Source: a candidate division FCPU426 bacterium | GTDB taxonomy: Bacteria > Oederibacteriota > PGYV01 > Palsa-1178 | Direction of reading: 5' to 3' | DNA length: 64,000 nt | Assembly: GCA_963840035.1 (NCBI GenBank) | Contig: CAWIXE010000001.1 | Coordinates: forward strand, 1,152,001 to 1,216,000 | Shown: in pieces, positions 10,057-19,786 of the stretch | How positions within the stretch are numbered: position 1 is the stretch's first letter | How the letters are laid out: the number at the start of each line of letters is the position of its first letter | Notes under the pieces: generated by a model | The model's input: the letters and a program-made list of their open reading frames with translations, nothing else | What the model was told of the DNA's origin: nothing | Databases searched by the model: none | Program-made: the position numbers and the translations under genes

Positions 10057-11754
10057 ATGGAAACCATGGCCTACGACGAGTCCTGCACCTCCTGCGGAGG
10101 GGCGTCAAATAAGCTGGCATCAGATGTCATAACCGGGTATGGTACGATAAACTACCAGTACACGGAAGAAGGCTGGCTCCAGAGCACGCAGTACGTTCCG
10201 GTAGGTTCTATCGCGACGCTGATAGAAAACGAATACGACGCCGGGGGGAATATCATAAACACGGCAATAGATACAAGAACTGTGGCTGAGTACGCGTATG
10301 ATTCAACGAATTTCTTTCAGCAAAGCATGACTGAAAGGATGACAGGGAAGAACAGGAGAATCGATTTTACGTACGACGCTGTGGGCCATAAAAAAAGTAT
10401 CTCATACCCGAACAAAACGCGGATGAACTACGACTATGGCACAGCGTACTGGATGACGAAGGCAGACGGCGTGTATGTAAAGAACGGCGTAGAACAGTTG
10501 ATAAACAAAAACGTAATAACGCAGAGGGACAGCGTGGGGAACATAACACAAAAAGAGATAAACACAGGGGCGGTTTCGTATGTATACGACGACAAATACC
10601 GTCTGACGGGGTACACGAATACAAACGCAAATCCGTCAAGCCAGTCGTTTACGTTTGACTACAGGGGAAACCGTTTAAGCGTGGTTGCCACACCCGGCGG
10701 CACGACGAGTTATACGGTTGGCGATAACAACATGGTAACAGCGGCGGGCGGTGAGAGCATATCGCACGACGGGCGGGGTAATGTGACTGGCAGAGGAAAT
10801 ACGCAGTACGAGTGGGATTATAAGAACAGGCTGGTAAAGGCGGACAAGGAAGGCGTGCAGGAAGACCTTTACTACACATACAACAACGCGGACAGGATGC
10901 TATCCAGGACGAAGTGGAATAAGAAGGTAACGTATTATTATAACGGAAATCAGCTGTTATGCGAGAAGGACGAAACAGGACGTCTGTCAAAAGTTTTTAT
11001 AAACGACAGCGAAGGCCTTCTTGGCTTTACAATACTGAACTACAAGCCAAACGGAGAGTTCTCAAACTACGAGCCGGTGTACTACCTGTTTAACGACCAG
11101 GGAAGCGTAACGACCCTGACAAACGAGGTAGGAAGGCCGATAAAGCACTACCTCTACGACCCATACGGGAACCTGACAAACACCACAACAGACCCGAACA
11201 ACAACTTCACCTTCATAGGGCGGTACGGCGGGTTTAAAGACTGGGACTCAGGGCTGATACAGTTCCAGCACAGGTGGTATGATAGTGCGCTGGGGCGGTG
11301 GATGAGCAGGGATCCGATTGGGGTTAGGGGAGGGGTGAATTTGTACGTATATGGCAATGATGACCCTGTTAATGTCATCGACCCATTAGGGTTGTGTAAT
11401 AAAAAACAAAAAGATGATCCGGAGAGTAAATATGTCAGATGGAATTACTGTGGAAAAGATTGGTCTGCGGGAATACATTGGACAAAAGAAATCCAAAATA
11501 TAGCAAGCTTTGCTGCGATTTATTCTAAGGATCCAATCAATGATTTGGATGACTGTTGCTATCAACATGATGTGTGTGCATATTTAGTTAGAATGAGTGG
11601 CTATGCGCACGGTTCAATTACGGATTGTAATGTGGCGTTAGTTCGTTGTGCGTCAACAAAAATAAAAAGTTACCCAATAGAAGCTAGTGTGATTTTAAAA
11701 GTATTTGAAAGCGACATTCACAAAGGAGATCCGATTTATGGTAAAGACAGATAA
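10057..11754 (+). pseudogene. Rhs cassette 3: longest truncated core + phospholipase A2-like toxin tip
   Basis: Core starts ~METMAYDESCTSCGG. DPLGLC junction. Tip has NYCG...DLDDCCYQHDVC...DCN.ALV.C. Confidence 0.85.
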
Positions 11755-12016
11755 GGCAGGCGGCCTTTTCAAGGTAATAACTCTTATTTTTCCGTTGTTG
11801 TATTACGTTTTTTATATAAATACTATAACAATGATAGATCCTTATTTTGCAAACACTATAATTTATGTAATCCCGATCCTATATTTCTTAGCAGTGTTAT
11901 TATTTTGTATTAAAGCCGGAATTAGAAACCGAATTTTTGAGTTGGTTATTACTTTTATAATATACTTGCCGATATTAATGTTTTTTTATTTTGGTTTAAA
12001 CTCAATCAGATTTTAG
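11738..12016 (+). CDS. Small 3-TM putative immunity protein for CT3
   Basis: AAGGAG RBS, overlaps the toxin stop, hydrophobic. Confidence 0.6.
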   Translation: MVKTDKAGGLFKVITLIFPLLYYVFYINTITMIDPYFANTIIYVIPILYFLAVLLFCIKAGIRNRIFELVITFIIYLPILMFFYFGLNSIRF

Positions 12017-12060
12017 TGTTAAATAATAAAATCTGTGGCGGGAAAGCATAGTTGTGATTG

Positions 12061-13440
12061 CAAAGCGTGACTGAAAGGATGACAGGGAAGAACAGGAGAA
12101 TCGATTTTACGTACGACGCTGTGGGCCATAAAAAAAGTATCTCATACCCGAACAAAACGCGGATGAACTACGACTATGGCACAGCGTACTGGATGACGAA
12201 GGCAGATGGCGTGTATGTAAAGAACGGCGTAGAACAGTTGATAAACAAAAACGTAATAACGCAGAGGGACGGCGTGGGGAACATAACACAAAAAGAGATA
12301 AACACAGGCGTGGTTTCGTATGTATACGACGACAAATACCGTCTGACAGGGTATACAAATACCAATGCAAGTCCTTCAAGTCAGTCTTTTACGTTTGATT
12401 ACAGGGGAAACAGGCTGTCGCTTGCCTCCACACCCGGCGGTACGACGGGTTATACGGTTGGCGATAACAACATGGTAACAGCGGCTGGCAGTGAAAGCCT
12501 GCAATACGACGGTCGCGGTAATGTGACAGGGCGAGGGTATACGCAGTACGAGTGGGATTATAAGAACAGGCTGGTTAAGGTGGATAAGGAAGGCGTGCAG
12601 GAAGACCTTTACTACACATACAACAACGCGGACAGGATGCTTTCAAGGAAGAAGCGGAATAAAAAGGTTACATATTTTTATAATGGAAACCAGCTGTTGT
12701 GTGAGAAGGACGAGTTTGGCCGCCTGTCAAAGGTTTTCATGAACGACAGCGAAGGTCTTCTTGGCTTTACAAAACTGAACTACAAGCCCAACGGAGAGTT
12801 CTCAAACTACGAGCCGGTGTATTACCTGTTTAACGACCAGGGAAGCGTAACGACCTTAACAAACGAGGTGGGAAGGCCGATAAAGCACTACCTCTACGAC
12901 CCATACGGGAACCTGACAAACACCACAACAGACCCGAACAACAACTTCACCTTCATAGGGCGGTACGGCGGGTATAAAGACTGGGACTCAGGGCTGATAC
13001 AGTTCCAGCATAGGTGGTATGATAGTGCGCTGGGGCGGTGGATGAGCAGGGATCCGATTGGGATATGTGGTGGGATAAATATTTTTGAGTATGTCGTGAA
13101 CAATGTTGTTAATAATGTTGATTTTAACGGGCTCGGCAAAAATGTAGATACTTTCATAAACTGTTTATCAAATTGCATCGTGGAATATGATCCGCTAAAT
13201 GCTGTAGGTAAAACGGTTTTGACTTTGGCTGGAGGGACGTTTTGGAAAAGTTGGATTGGCGCAAGTGGCACTTTGTTAGGAGGCAATCAACCGTTAACTA
13301 CGATACCTAGCGCAATTGGAGGATCTTCAGTAAGAGTTGTGGGAAGATTTTTTTCGGGCGTGTGGATTGCATATGGAAGTTATCTATTTGGATTAGAGGC
13401 ATATTGTTCCATAAAATGTTTCCTTGATATAAAGAACTAA
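12061..13440 (+). pseudogene. Rhs cassette 4: truncated Rhs core + Gly/hydrophobic toxin tip CT4
   Basis: Core homology from ~12061. DFNGLG junction. Tip has Gly-rich hydrophobic helices and CxxxC motifs at both ends. Confidence 0.85.
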
Positions 13441-13457
13441 AATTAAAGAGGGGAAAA

Positions 13458-13976
13458 ATGAAAAAAAATAATCGTAGAGATTTGACATTTTCAATAATTA
13501 TTATTGTTTTTATATTTAGCATTGGATTGCTTTTTGTAACAAGTTTCAATTATTGGTCGTGCCTTTGGATTGTGATGGATATATTTTTGTCTTATATCTT
13601 TGCAATTTGGCATATTAATTATCTTAAAGCAAAGATATTTAGTCGCAGACAGTCATTGAGCGATGATGATATTTATAACAAATTCTATTATGGAACAAAA
13701 CTACCAAAAAACAAAGTTTTATCGAAGTGGAAAATGGTTTCGAAAATATTGAAAATACCAGCGGACAAGTTGTTACCAACCGATAAATTTGGGGAAGAAC
13801 TAGGGCCCTATTGGTTTGTAGGTGATCCTCTGGACGAATTAGAAATTATTGCTAAAAGGAATTTTAAAGCAAACGGTATAGACGGGAGTAAAATAAGCAT
13901 TCGTAACCTTGATGAGTATATAAAAATGTCAATCCAATTAGATGAAAATAATCAAAAGAATTACTTGTCAAGATGA
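13458..13976 (+). CDS. Putative immunity protein for CT4 (2 TM + soluble domain)
   Basis: GAGGGG RBS, position directly after the toxin, AT-rich. Confidence 0.6.
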   Translation: MKKNNRRDLTFSIIIIVFIFSIGLLFVTSFNYWSCLWIVMDIFLSYIFAIWHINYLKAKIFSRRQSLSDDDIYNKFYYGTKLPKNKVLSKWKMVSKILKIPADKLLPTDKFGEELGPYWFVGDPLDELEIIAKRNFKANGIDGSKISIRNLDEYIKMSIQLDENNQKNYLSR

Positions 13977-14064
13977 ATAATACACGAAGTCTTTACCTAC
14001 TGCGCTGGCAAGACAAACAAGTTGGCAACGGAAAAGGATTGATGTTGTTGAATAAGGAGACATT

Positions 14065-14415
14065 GTGAAAACTGAAAAGAGTCAAAAAGAAAAAGTTCTG
14101 GAAGTGGCAACTATTATTGGATCAATCTTGGTGTCGGTGTTGTTGATTGTTCCGCCGATAATTTGGATTATGCTTGGGAAAAACGATAAGAATTACTTTT
14201 ATTTATCATTTGCTATTTTAGCGGTTGGAATGATACCAACAATTTCTGGAAGCTTGATTTTAACGGACTTAATTAGATTTAAAAAAACAAGATTTGTAGG
14301 ATCATTTTTTGTCTCGGCCCTAACGTACGTTTTATGGGTTAAATATGACGCTAAAGTAATAAATGAACTAATTCAAAACAATCAAATATTAAGTTTGGCA
14401 AATATTTTCGAATAA
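14065..14415 (+). CDS. Orphan 3-TM putative immunity protein
   Basis: AAGGAG RBS + GTG. Stop lies 3 nt before the right IR. Confidence 0.55.
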   Translation: MKTEKSQKEKVLEVATIIGSILVSVLLIVPPIIWIMLGKNDKNYFYLSFAILAVGMIPTISGSLILTDLIRFKKTRFVGSFFVSALTYVLWVKYDAKVINELIQNNQILSLANIFE

Positions 14416-14758
14416 CCAGGACCGTGTCGTGACTCATGACATTGCATGGGAAAAGTCTATATAAATATGGGCACCGTATTATTATTCCATAAATACAGGG
14501 ATTTTGCGATGGGTTGGGGTAAGAGACGGCGGAAAAGAAAGGCGAATGGGGCTTATCTGATATGGATAGCTCGGTTGATATGGTCGAAAGAAAATAGATG
14601 TCTATAATACGATATAAGGGTATTCCCAGCTTAAAAATCTTCGGGCTGTCAGATTTGACCTTATTTAATCGTTTCTTTTCCGGTTCTTATCAATTGACAG
14701 AGCACTTATTATGTGTTATTTTTATAAGGATGTTATACAGCTCAAGGAGGTATTACAC

Positions 14759-15307
14759 TTGGAGATCAATATTACAGGCAGGCATTTAACATTAACAAAA
14801 GGCATAAAGCAGTATGTCGAGAAAAAGTTCAAAAAAATAGAGGATTACTTCGATTTTAAGGAGCATGGCGAGTTACACGTTATAATAGAGGTACAGAAGT
14901 ACAGGCATATGGTGGAAGCGAATCTTTCCTCAAAATGGCACAAGTTCTCGGCTAAAGCGGAGACAAAAGACCTTTATTCCGCCATCGACATGATAGAGGA
15001 CAAACTCGTCGCCCAGATAAAAAAGCAGAAAGACAAGATGGACAGGGGCGATAAAAAGCAGAACAAAAGGATCAATATCCTGGCAAACCTCGGCTCAGTT
15101 ACGAACGTCAAGGGCGAGAAGTACAATGAGATAGTGGAAGAAGAGGACATCCAGGCATTAAAGCCCATGAACACGGAAGAGGCCATGGAAGAGCTCGAAA
15201 TGTCAAAAGAACAGATGATGATGTTCTACAACGTGGACTTCAATAAAGTCTGCCTCTTAAGGAAAAGAAAAGACAGCAAGTACGGCCTGACCATTTCCAA
15301 ATACTGA
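14759..15307 (+). CDS. hpf: Ribosome hibernation promoting factor (long HPF)
   Basis: INITGRH, DLYSAID, C-terminal KPM..EEA domain. TTG start after AAGGAGG. Confidence 0.93.
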   Translation: MEINITGRHLTLTKGIKQYVEKKFKKIEDYFDFKEHGELHVIIEVQKYRHMVEANLSSKWHKFSAKAETKDLYSAIDMIEDKLVAQIKKQKDKMDRGDKKQNKRINILANLGSVTNVKGEKYNEIVEEEDIQALKPMNTEEAMEELEMSKEQMMMFYNVDFNKVCLLRKRKDSKYGLTISKY

Positions 15308-15335
15308 TATAAATTCTAAACTGAGGTGATTTTTA

Positions 15336-15800
15336 ATGCGGATTTTGGATTTTTTGGACAAGGACAGCATAGAGCTGAACATTAAGGCTAAAAATAAAAA
15401 AGAAGTCATCGAGGAGCTCGTCGAAGTCCTCGCAAAAAAGAACGTCATACTTGATAAAAAAGTAACCATCGAATCGCTGATGGAAAGGGAAGAGCTCGGA
15501 AGCACCGGTGTGGGACAGGGCATCGCTATCCCGCACAGCAAGACAAAAGGCGTGAAAGAACTCGTCGCCGCGTTTGGAGTTTGTAAAACGGGTGTTGACT
15601 TTGACGCTCTTGACGGGGAAACGGTCCATATATTTTTCCTTCTGCTCGCGCCCGAAGGCGCTGCCGGACTCATGCTGAAAGCCCTCGCGAGGGTATCTAA
15701 TTTCCTCAAGAACAAGTACTACAGGCGGAAAATCCTCGAGGCAAAAGACAAAGCTGATGTCATAACGACTATTGAGGAAGAAGAAAAAACAAAACAATAG
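15336..15800 (+). CDS. ptsN: PTS EIIA (Ntr/fructose type)
   Basis: REELGSTGVGQGIAIPH, GVDFDALDG. Confidence 0.9.
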   Translation: MRILDFLDKDSIELNIKAKNKKEVIEELVEVLAKKNVILDKKVTIESLMEREELGSTGVGQGIAIPHSKTKGVKELVAAFGVCKTGVDFDALDGETVHIFFLLLAPEGAAGLMLKALARVSNFLKNKYYRRKILEAKDKADVITTIEEEEKTKQ

Positions 15801-15843
15801 TTCCCGGCGCGGATTTTGGTTCCGTTAAGGAGGAGCATCCGGC

Positions 15844-16809
15844 ATGAATTCCATCACCGTAAAAGAGTTTTATTCCGATAATAAGTCCAGGCTGAGCCTG
15901 CATGTTTTAGCCGGGGAAGAATTCCTTCCGCAAAAAAAAATAATTGTATCCGACATAAACAGGCCGGGGCTGGCCCTGTCCGGTTTTTTTGACTATTTCC
16001 CATATGAACGCATACAGGTTTTCGGCAAGACCGAACTCTCATACATCAAAAAACTCGGGGCGCAGAAGGCAAACGCCGTATTAAAAAGGATATTCTCAAA
16101 GAACGTATGCTGCGCAATTGTAACCAGGGATTTAAAGGCCCCGTTTAACTTTCTGAAAATCGCCAGGAAGCACAAAGTCCCCGTACTTACCACATCGCTT
16201 TTTACCACAAAAATAATCAGCGCTTCCATGATATACCTGGAAAAAAGGCTTGCGGCCAGGATGACCATGCACGGCACTTTTGTGGATGTTTACGGGATAG
16301 GCGTGCTCATAGTCGGGAAAAGCGGGATAGGCAAAAGCGAGATATCCCTTGAACTGGTAAAAAGGGGACACAGGCTCGTGGCGGACGACATCATAGAAGT
16401 TACCAAGGTCTCAGATGACCAGCTTGAGGGGAAAGGGTTGTCCATAATACACCACCATATGGAGATACGCGGCGTCGGGATAATAGACATAAGAAACCTT
16501 TTCGGCGTAGGAGCGGTGCGTGACGACCAGAAAATAGAACTCATGATGCATCTTGAGGAATGGGAAAAAGGCAAAGATTACGAGAGGCTCGGGATAGAGG
16601 AGCATAGCGAGGAAATACTCGGCGTAAAAGTATCAAAAATAATCCTCCCTGTAAAGCCGGGCAGGAACTTAAGCGTAATTATAGAAGTGGCGGCCATGAC
16701 TCAGCGGTTGAAAGCAGGCGGGTATAACCCGGCAAGGGAACTTAATAAGAACATTAACAAATGGATGACAAGGGAAAATAAAGGAATAGAGGGTGGTAAA
16801 ATTGAATAG
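15844..16809 (+). CDS. hprK: HPr(Ser) kinase/phosphorylase
   Basis: NRPGLAL, GKSGIGKSE, LVADD, EIRGVGII. Confidence 0.97.
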   Translation: MNSITVKEFYSDNKSRLSLHVLAGEEFLPQKKIIVSDINRPGLALSGFFDYFPYERIQVFGKTELSYIKKLGAQKANAVLKRIFSKNVCCAIVTRDLKAPFNFLKIARKHKVPVLTTSLFTTKIISASMIYLEKRLAARMTMHGTFVDVYGIGVLIVGKSGIGKSEISLELVKRGHRLVADDIIEVTKVSDDQLEGKGLSIIHHHMEIRGVGIIDIRNLFGVGAVRDDQKIELMMHLEEWEKGKDYERLGIEEHSEEILGVKVSKIILPVKPGRNLSVIIEVAAMTQRLKAGGYNPARELNKNINKWMTRENKGIEGGKIE

Positions 16810-18064
16810 ATGGTTTTATCCCGGCATTAAAATTAAAAGGTGGTTTTTTCTCGCGCTCCTGAGCCTGATTGTCCTGGTTGCCGGGTTTTCGGGCGTGCTG
16901 GGCGACCTGGTAAAAAATGTCAGGATACACAGCATTAACATAGACTCTTTTTTCTACAGGCTTCAGAGGCTTAAGGCTATCGACTATACCATGATACTGC
17001 TGGCCATAGGCGGCCTTATGCTTGCCTGGCGCAGGTCGTCTTTCGCCGTGCTGGCAATGATCGCGCCGAATAAGGAAAGGGAATTCATAAGCAGGGCCTA
17101 TAAAAAAGCCAAATTACAGAGGGGCCCGAAAATAGCCGCCATAGGCGGGGGCACGGGCATGCCAAATGTATTAAAGGGCATGAAGGATTACACGGAAAAC
17201 CTCTCGGCAATTGTCACTGTCGCCGATGACGGAGGCTCTTCCGGGCGCTTAAGAAAAGATTACAGGATACTCCCGCCGGGCGACATAAGGAACTGCATAG
17301 TGGCGCTGGCCGACGAGGAGACGCTTCTTGGAAAGCTTTTTCAGTACAGGTTCAAGGAAGGCAAGGAATTAAAAGGGCACAGTTTCGGCAATATTTTCCT
17401 TACGGCGTTAAGCCATGTCGTGGGCGATTTTCCCAAGGCGATAAATGAGTCATCAAAAGTCCTGGCCATTCACGGTCAGGTGCTCCCTGTATCGCTTGAG
17501 AACATACAGCTGCGGGCCAGGATGAAGGATGGAAGGCTGATAAAAGGCGAATCAAAAATACCCGAGGCAAAAGGCTCGATAGACAGGGTATATATAGTGC
17601 CTGAGGACGCCAAACCGTACCAGCCGGCAATAGACGCAATAAAAAACGCGGATGCCGTTATAATCGGGCCGGGCAGCTTATATACCAGCATCATACCGAA
17701 CCTGATGGTGCCGGGCATAAAGGAAGCCCTGCAAAATTCAAAATCAATCAAGATTTATATATGCAATATAATGACACAGCCGGGAGAAACCGACGGGCAT
17801 ACGGTATCGGACCATTTAAGGGCCATCTTCAAACATACCGGACACAGGGTTATTGACTATGTCATTGCCAACAACAGGCTGCCAAAGGATGATGTCTTAA
17901 AACGTTATGAAAAGGAAAAATCCTTTCCTGTAATGATAGACAAGGATGTAATAAGCGACCTTGGCGTGAAAGTGGCCGAAGGCAAGCTTTTTACCGAAGG
18001 CTCGTACGTGAGGCATTCGCCCCAGCAGCTGGCCAAGATGATAATGAAAATATTAATTGTGTGA
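16793..18064 (+). CDS. yvcK: YvcK/GlmR family gluconeogenesis factor with N-terminal TM extension
   Basis: GGGTG, VTVADDGGSSGRLR, PPGDIRN, GHSFGN, GPGSLYTS. Confidence 0.92.
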   Translation: MVKLNRWFYPGIKIKRWFFLALLSLIVLVAGFSGVLGDLVKNVRIHSINIDSFFYRLQRLKAIDYTMILLAIGGLMLAWRRSSFAVLAMIAPNKEREFISRAYKKAKLQRGPKIAAIGGGTGMPNVLKGMKDYTENLSAIVTVADDGGSSGRLRKDYRILPPGDIRNCIVALADEETLLGKLFQYRFKEGKELKGHSFGNIFLTALSHVVGDFPKAINESSKVLAIHGQVLPVSLENIQLRARMKDGRLIKGESKIPEAKGSIDRVYIVPEDAKPYQPAIDAIKNADAVIIGPGSLYTSIIPNLMVPGIKEALQNSKSIKIYICNIMTQPGETDGHTVSDHLRAIFKHTGHRVIDYVIANNRLPKDDVLKRYEKEKSFPVMIDKDVISDLGVKVAEGKLFTEGSYVRHSPQQLAKMIMKILIV

Positions 18065-18078
18065 CAAAGGAGAATAAT

Positions 18079-18483
18079 ATGGTAGGGATCCTGATAATTT
18101 CACATTCAACCCTGGCGGAATCTTTAAAGCAGACCGTTTCCCTCATAGTGGGGGAAAAGGAAAATGTGGGCACTCTTTCCCTGATGAAAAATGACAGGAT
18201 AGAGGATTTTTCCGACAGGCTGAAAAAGGCCGTAACAGAGATAGATAAAGGCGACGGGGTGCTGATACTGGCCGATATGTTCGGCGGGACACCGTGTAAT
18301 TCGGCGCTGGCACTGTATGGTTCCGATGAAAAAGTAAGGATCATAACGGGAGTTAACCTTCCGGTGGTAATAGAAGCCATAATGCACGCGGGCAGGACTG
18401 TTGATGAACTTTCCAGGACAATCATGGAAAGACGCGATAAATCCATAATCGACGCTAAAGCGATTTTTAAGAACAGGGGATAA
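18079..18483 (+). CDS. PTS mannose-family EIIA
   Basis: ISH, DMFGGTP, GVNLP. Confidence 0.9.
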   Translation: MVGILIISHSTLAESLKQTVSLIVGEKENVGTLSLMKNDRIEDFSDRLKKAVTEIDKGDGVLILADMFGGTPCNSALALYGSDEKVRIITGVNLPVVIEAIMHAGRTVDELSRTIMERRDKSIIDAKAIFKNRG

Positions 18484-18485
18484 AT

Positions 18486-19004
18486 ATGCCGGTACTGTTA
18501 ACAAGAATAGATGACAGGCTCATACACGGGCAGGTGGTAGTCGGATGGGCACAGGCCCTTAAGATAAACCACATAGTCGTGATAAATGACGAAATAACGG
18601 GCAATGACATGCAGAAATTTCTTTTCAGGATGGCCACGCCCACGGATATCAACCTTTCCATACTCACCGTGGATGAAGCGGCTGTCAAGATTGACAAAAG
18701 GGAATATGACGAGGACAATACCCTGCTGCTGGCGAAGACTCCGGCTGATATTTACAAGCTTATAAAGGCCGGAGGAAAAGTGCCCGAGGTAAATATCGGA
18801 GGCATGCATTTTGACAACAATAAAACGCAGCTTTTTGACGCCGTGTTTGTGGATGAAAATGACATAAAGATGTTCAGGGAACTTGACCGCATGGGCGTAC
18901 TGCTTGAAGTGCGCATGGTGCCTACGGATTCAAAGAAGAACATTGTAAAGGCCATTGATGAAAAATTCGGAAAGGAAAAACCTTCCGCGCAGGAGCAGGG
19001 CTAA
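18486..19004 (+). CDS. PTS mannose-family EIIB
   Basis: RIDDRLIHGQVV..W, VNIGGM. Confidence 0.93.
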   Translation: MPVLLTRIDDRLIHGQVVVGWAQALKINHIVVINDEITGNDMQKFLFRMATPTDINLSILTVDEAAVKIDKREYDEDNTLLLAKTPADIYKLIKAGGKVPEVNIGGMHFDNNKTQLFDAVFVDENDIKMFRELDRMGVLLEVRMVPTDSKKNIVKAIDEKFGKEKPSAQEQG

Positions 19005-19786
19005 TGACAACTTCCGGTATTATTTTCGCGGCCCTGGTCGCGGCGTTTCTGGAGCTTGACACGTATTTCATAGGTATGACGCTCTTTTCGCAGCCTATCA
19101 TTGCCGGCGGAATAGCGGGATTTATGTGCGGAGACCTGCGGACAGGCATAATCATAGGAAGCATTGTCCAGCTTATCTGGATATCGCCGCCTGTTGGCGC
19201 TTATGTGCCGCCTTCATCCACCGCCATTGCTTTTACCGCCACGGTTTTGAACGCTCAGAATATAGGGCTTCACGCTATCGCGGACAGGGAGCCGTTGATG
19301 ATGTTCTGCATCATAGCCGGCGCGGCTACCGGATATTTTGTGGGGCAGATGGATATATGGAACAGGAAGCTAAACACACAGATTGTGCACATGTTTGAGC
19401 CCGGGATACTCAAAGGGCGCAGGCTTTATATGTCAGGGGCGCAGGCCACGGCGCTGGGCGCTAAATTTATAAGGGATTTTATTCTGTACGCCGCGATGTT
19501 TTCATATGGCGCCCACTTAACCGGCAAGATATTTGCCACGCTGCCGGTGGATATATTTCAGGGGCTCACTATCGCCCTGTGGGCCGTGCCGGTTATCGGG
19601 CTTGCCGTTATTTTTGACCTGTACAGGTCAAAGCTCGGGGCGAATTTTCACGGCATAGTGTTCATATTATGTTACCTGGTGTTGTGGACCTATAAGTCCA
19701 TAAACCCCGTATTTTTCATGCTTGCCATACTGACAGTATGCGCTTTTGTGATTTATAATTTTGTCTGGAACAGGAAGGAAGCGTAA
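19004..19786 (+). CDS. PTS mannose-family EIIC
   Basis: QPII.G...GD..TG, PVGAYVPP, multi-TM. Confidence 0.88.
   Translation: MTTSGIIFAALVAAFLELDTYFIGMTLFSQPIIAGGIAGFMCGDLRTGIIIGSIVQLIWISPPVGAYVPPSSTAIAFTATVLNAQNIGLHAIADREPLMMFCIIAGAATGYFVGQMDIWNRKLNTQIVHMFEPGILKGRRLYMSGAQATALGAKFIRDFILYAAMFSYGAHLTGKIFATLPVDIFQGLTIALWAVPVIGLAVIFDLYRSKLGANFHGIVFILCYLVLWTYKSINPVFFMLAILTVCAFVIYNFVWNRKEA

Larger units (their letters stand above)
5463..14443. mobile_element. Rhs toxin/immunity cassette island bounded by 25-bp inverted repeats
   Basis: AATGTCTTGAGTCACGACACGGACC (5463-5487) vs GGACCGTGTCGTGACTCATGACATT (14419-14443), 23/25 inverted match. Interrupts rpoN-hpf synteny. No transposase or integrase inside. 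Confidence 0.7.

Noticed and set aside
6153..13440. Diversity-generating retroelement explanation for the near-identical Rhs cores
   Set aside because: No reverse transcriptase is present, and the differences are not adenine-specific; they come in shared blocks.
13977..14064. Another toxin-tip remnant before the last orphan gene
   Set aside because: The frame IIHEVFTYCAGKTNKLATEKD* is too short to support a call.
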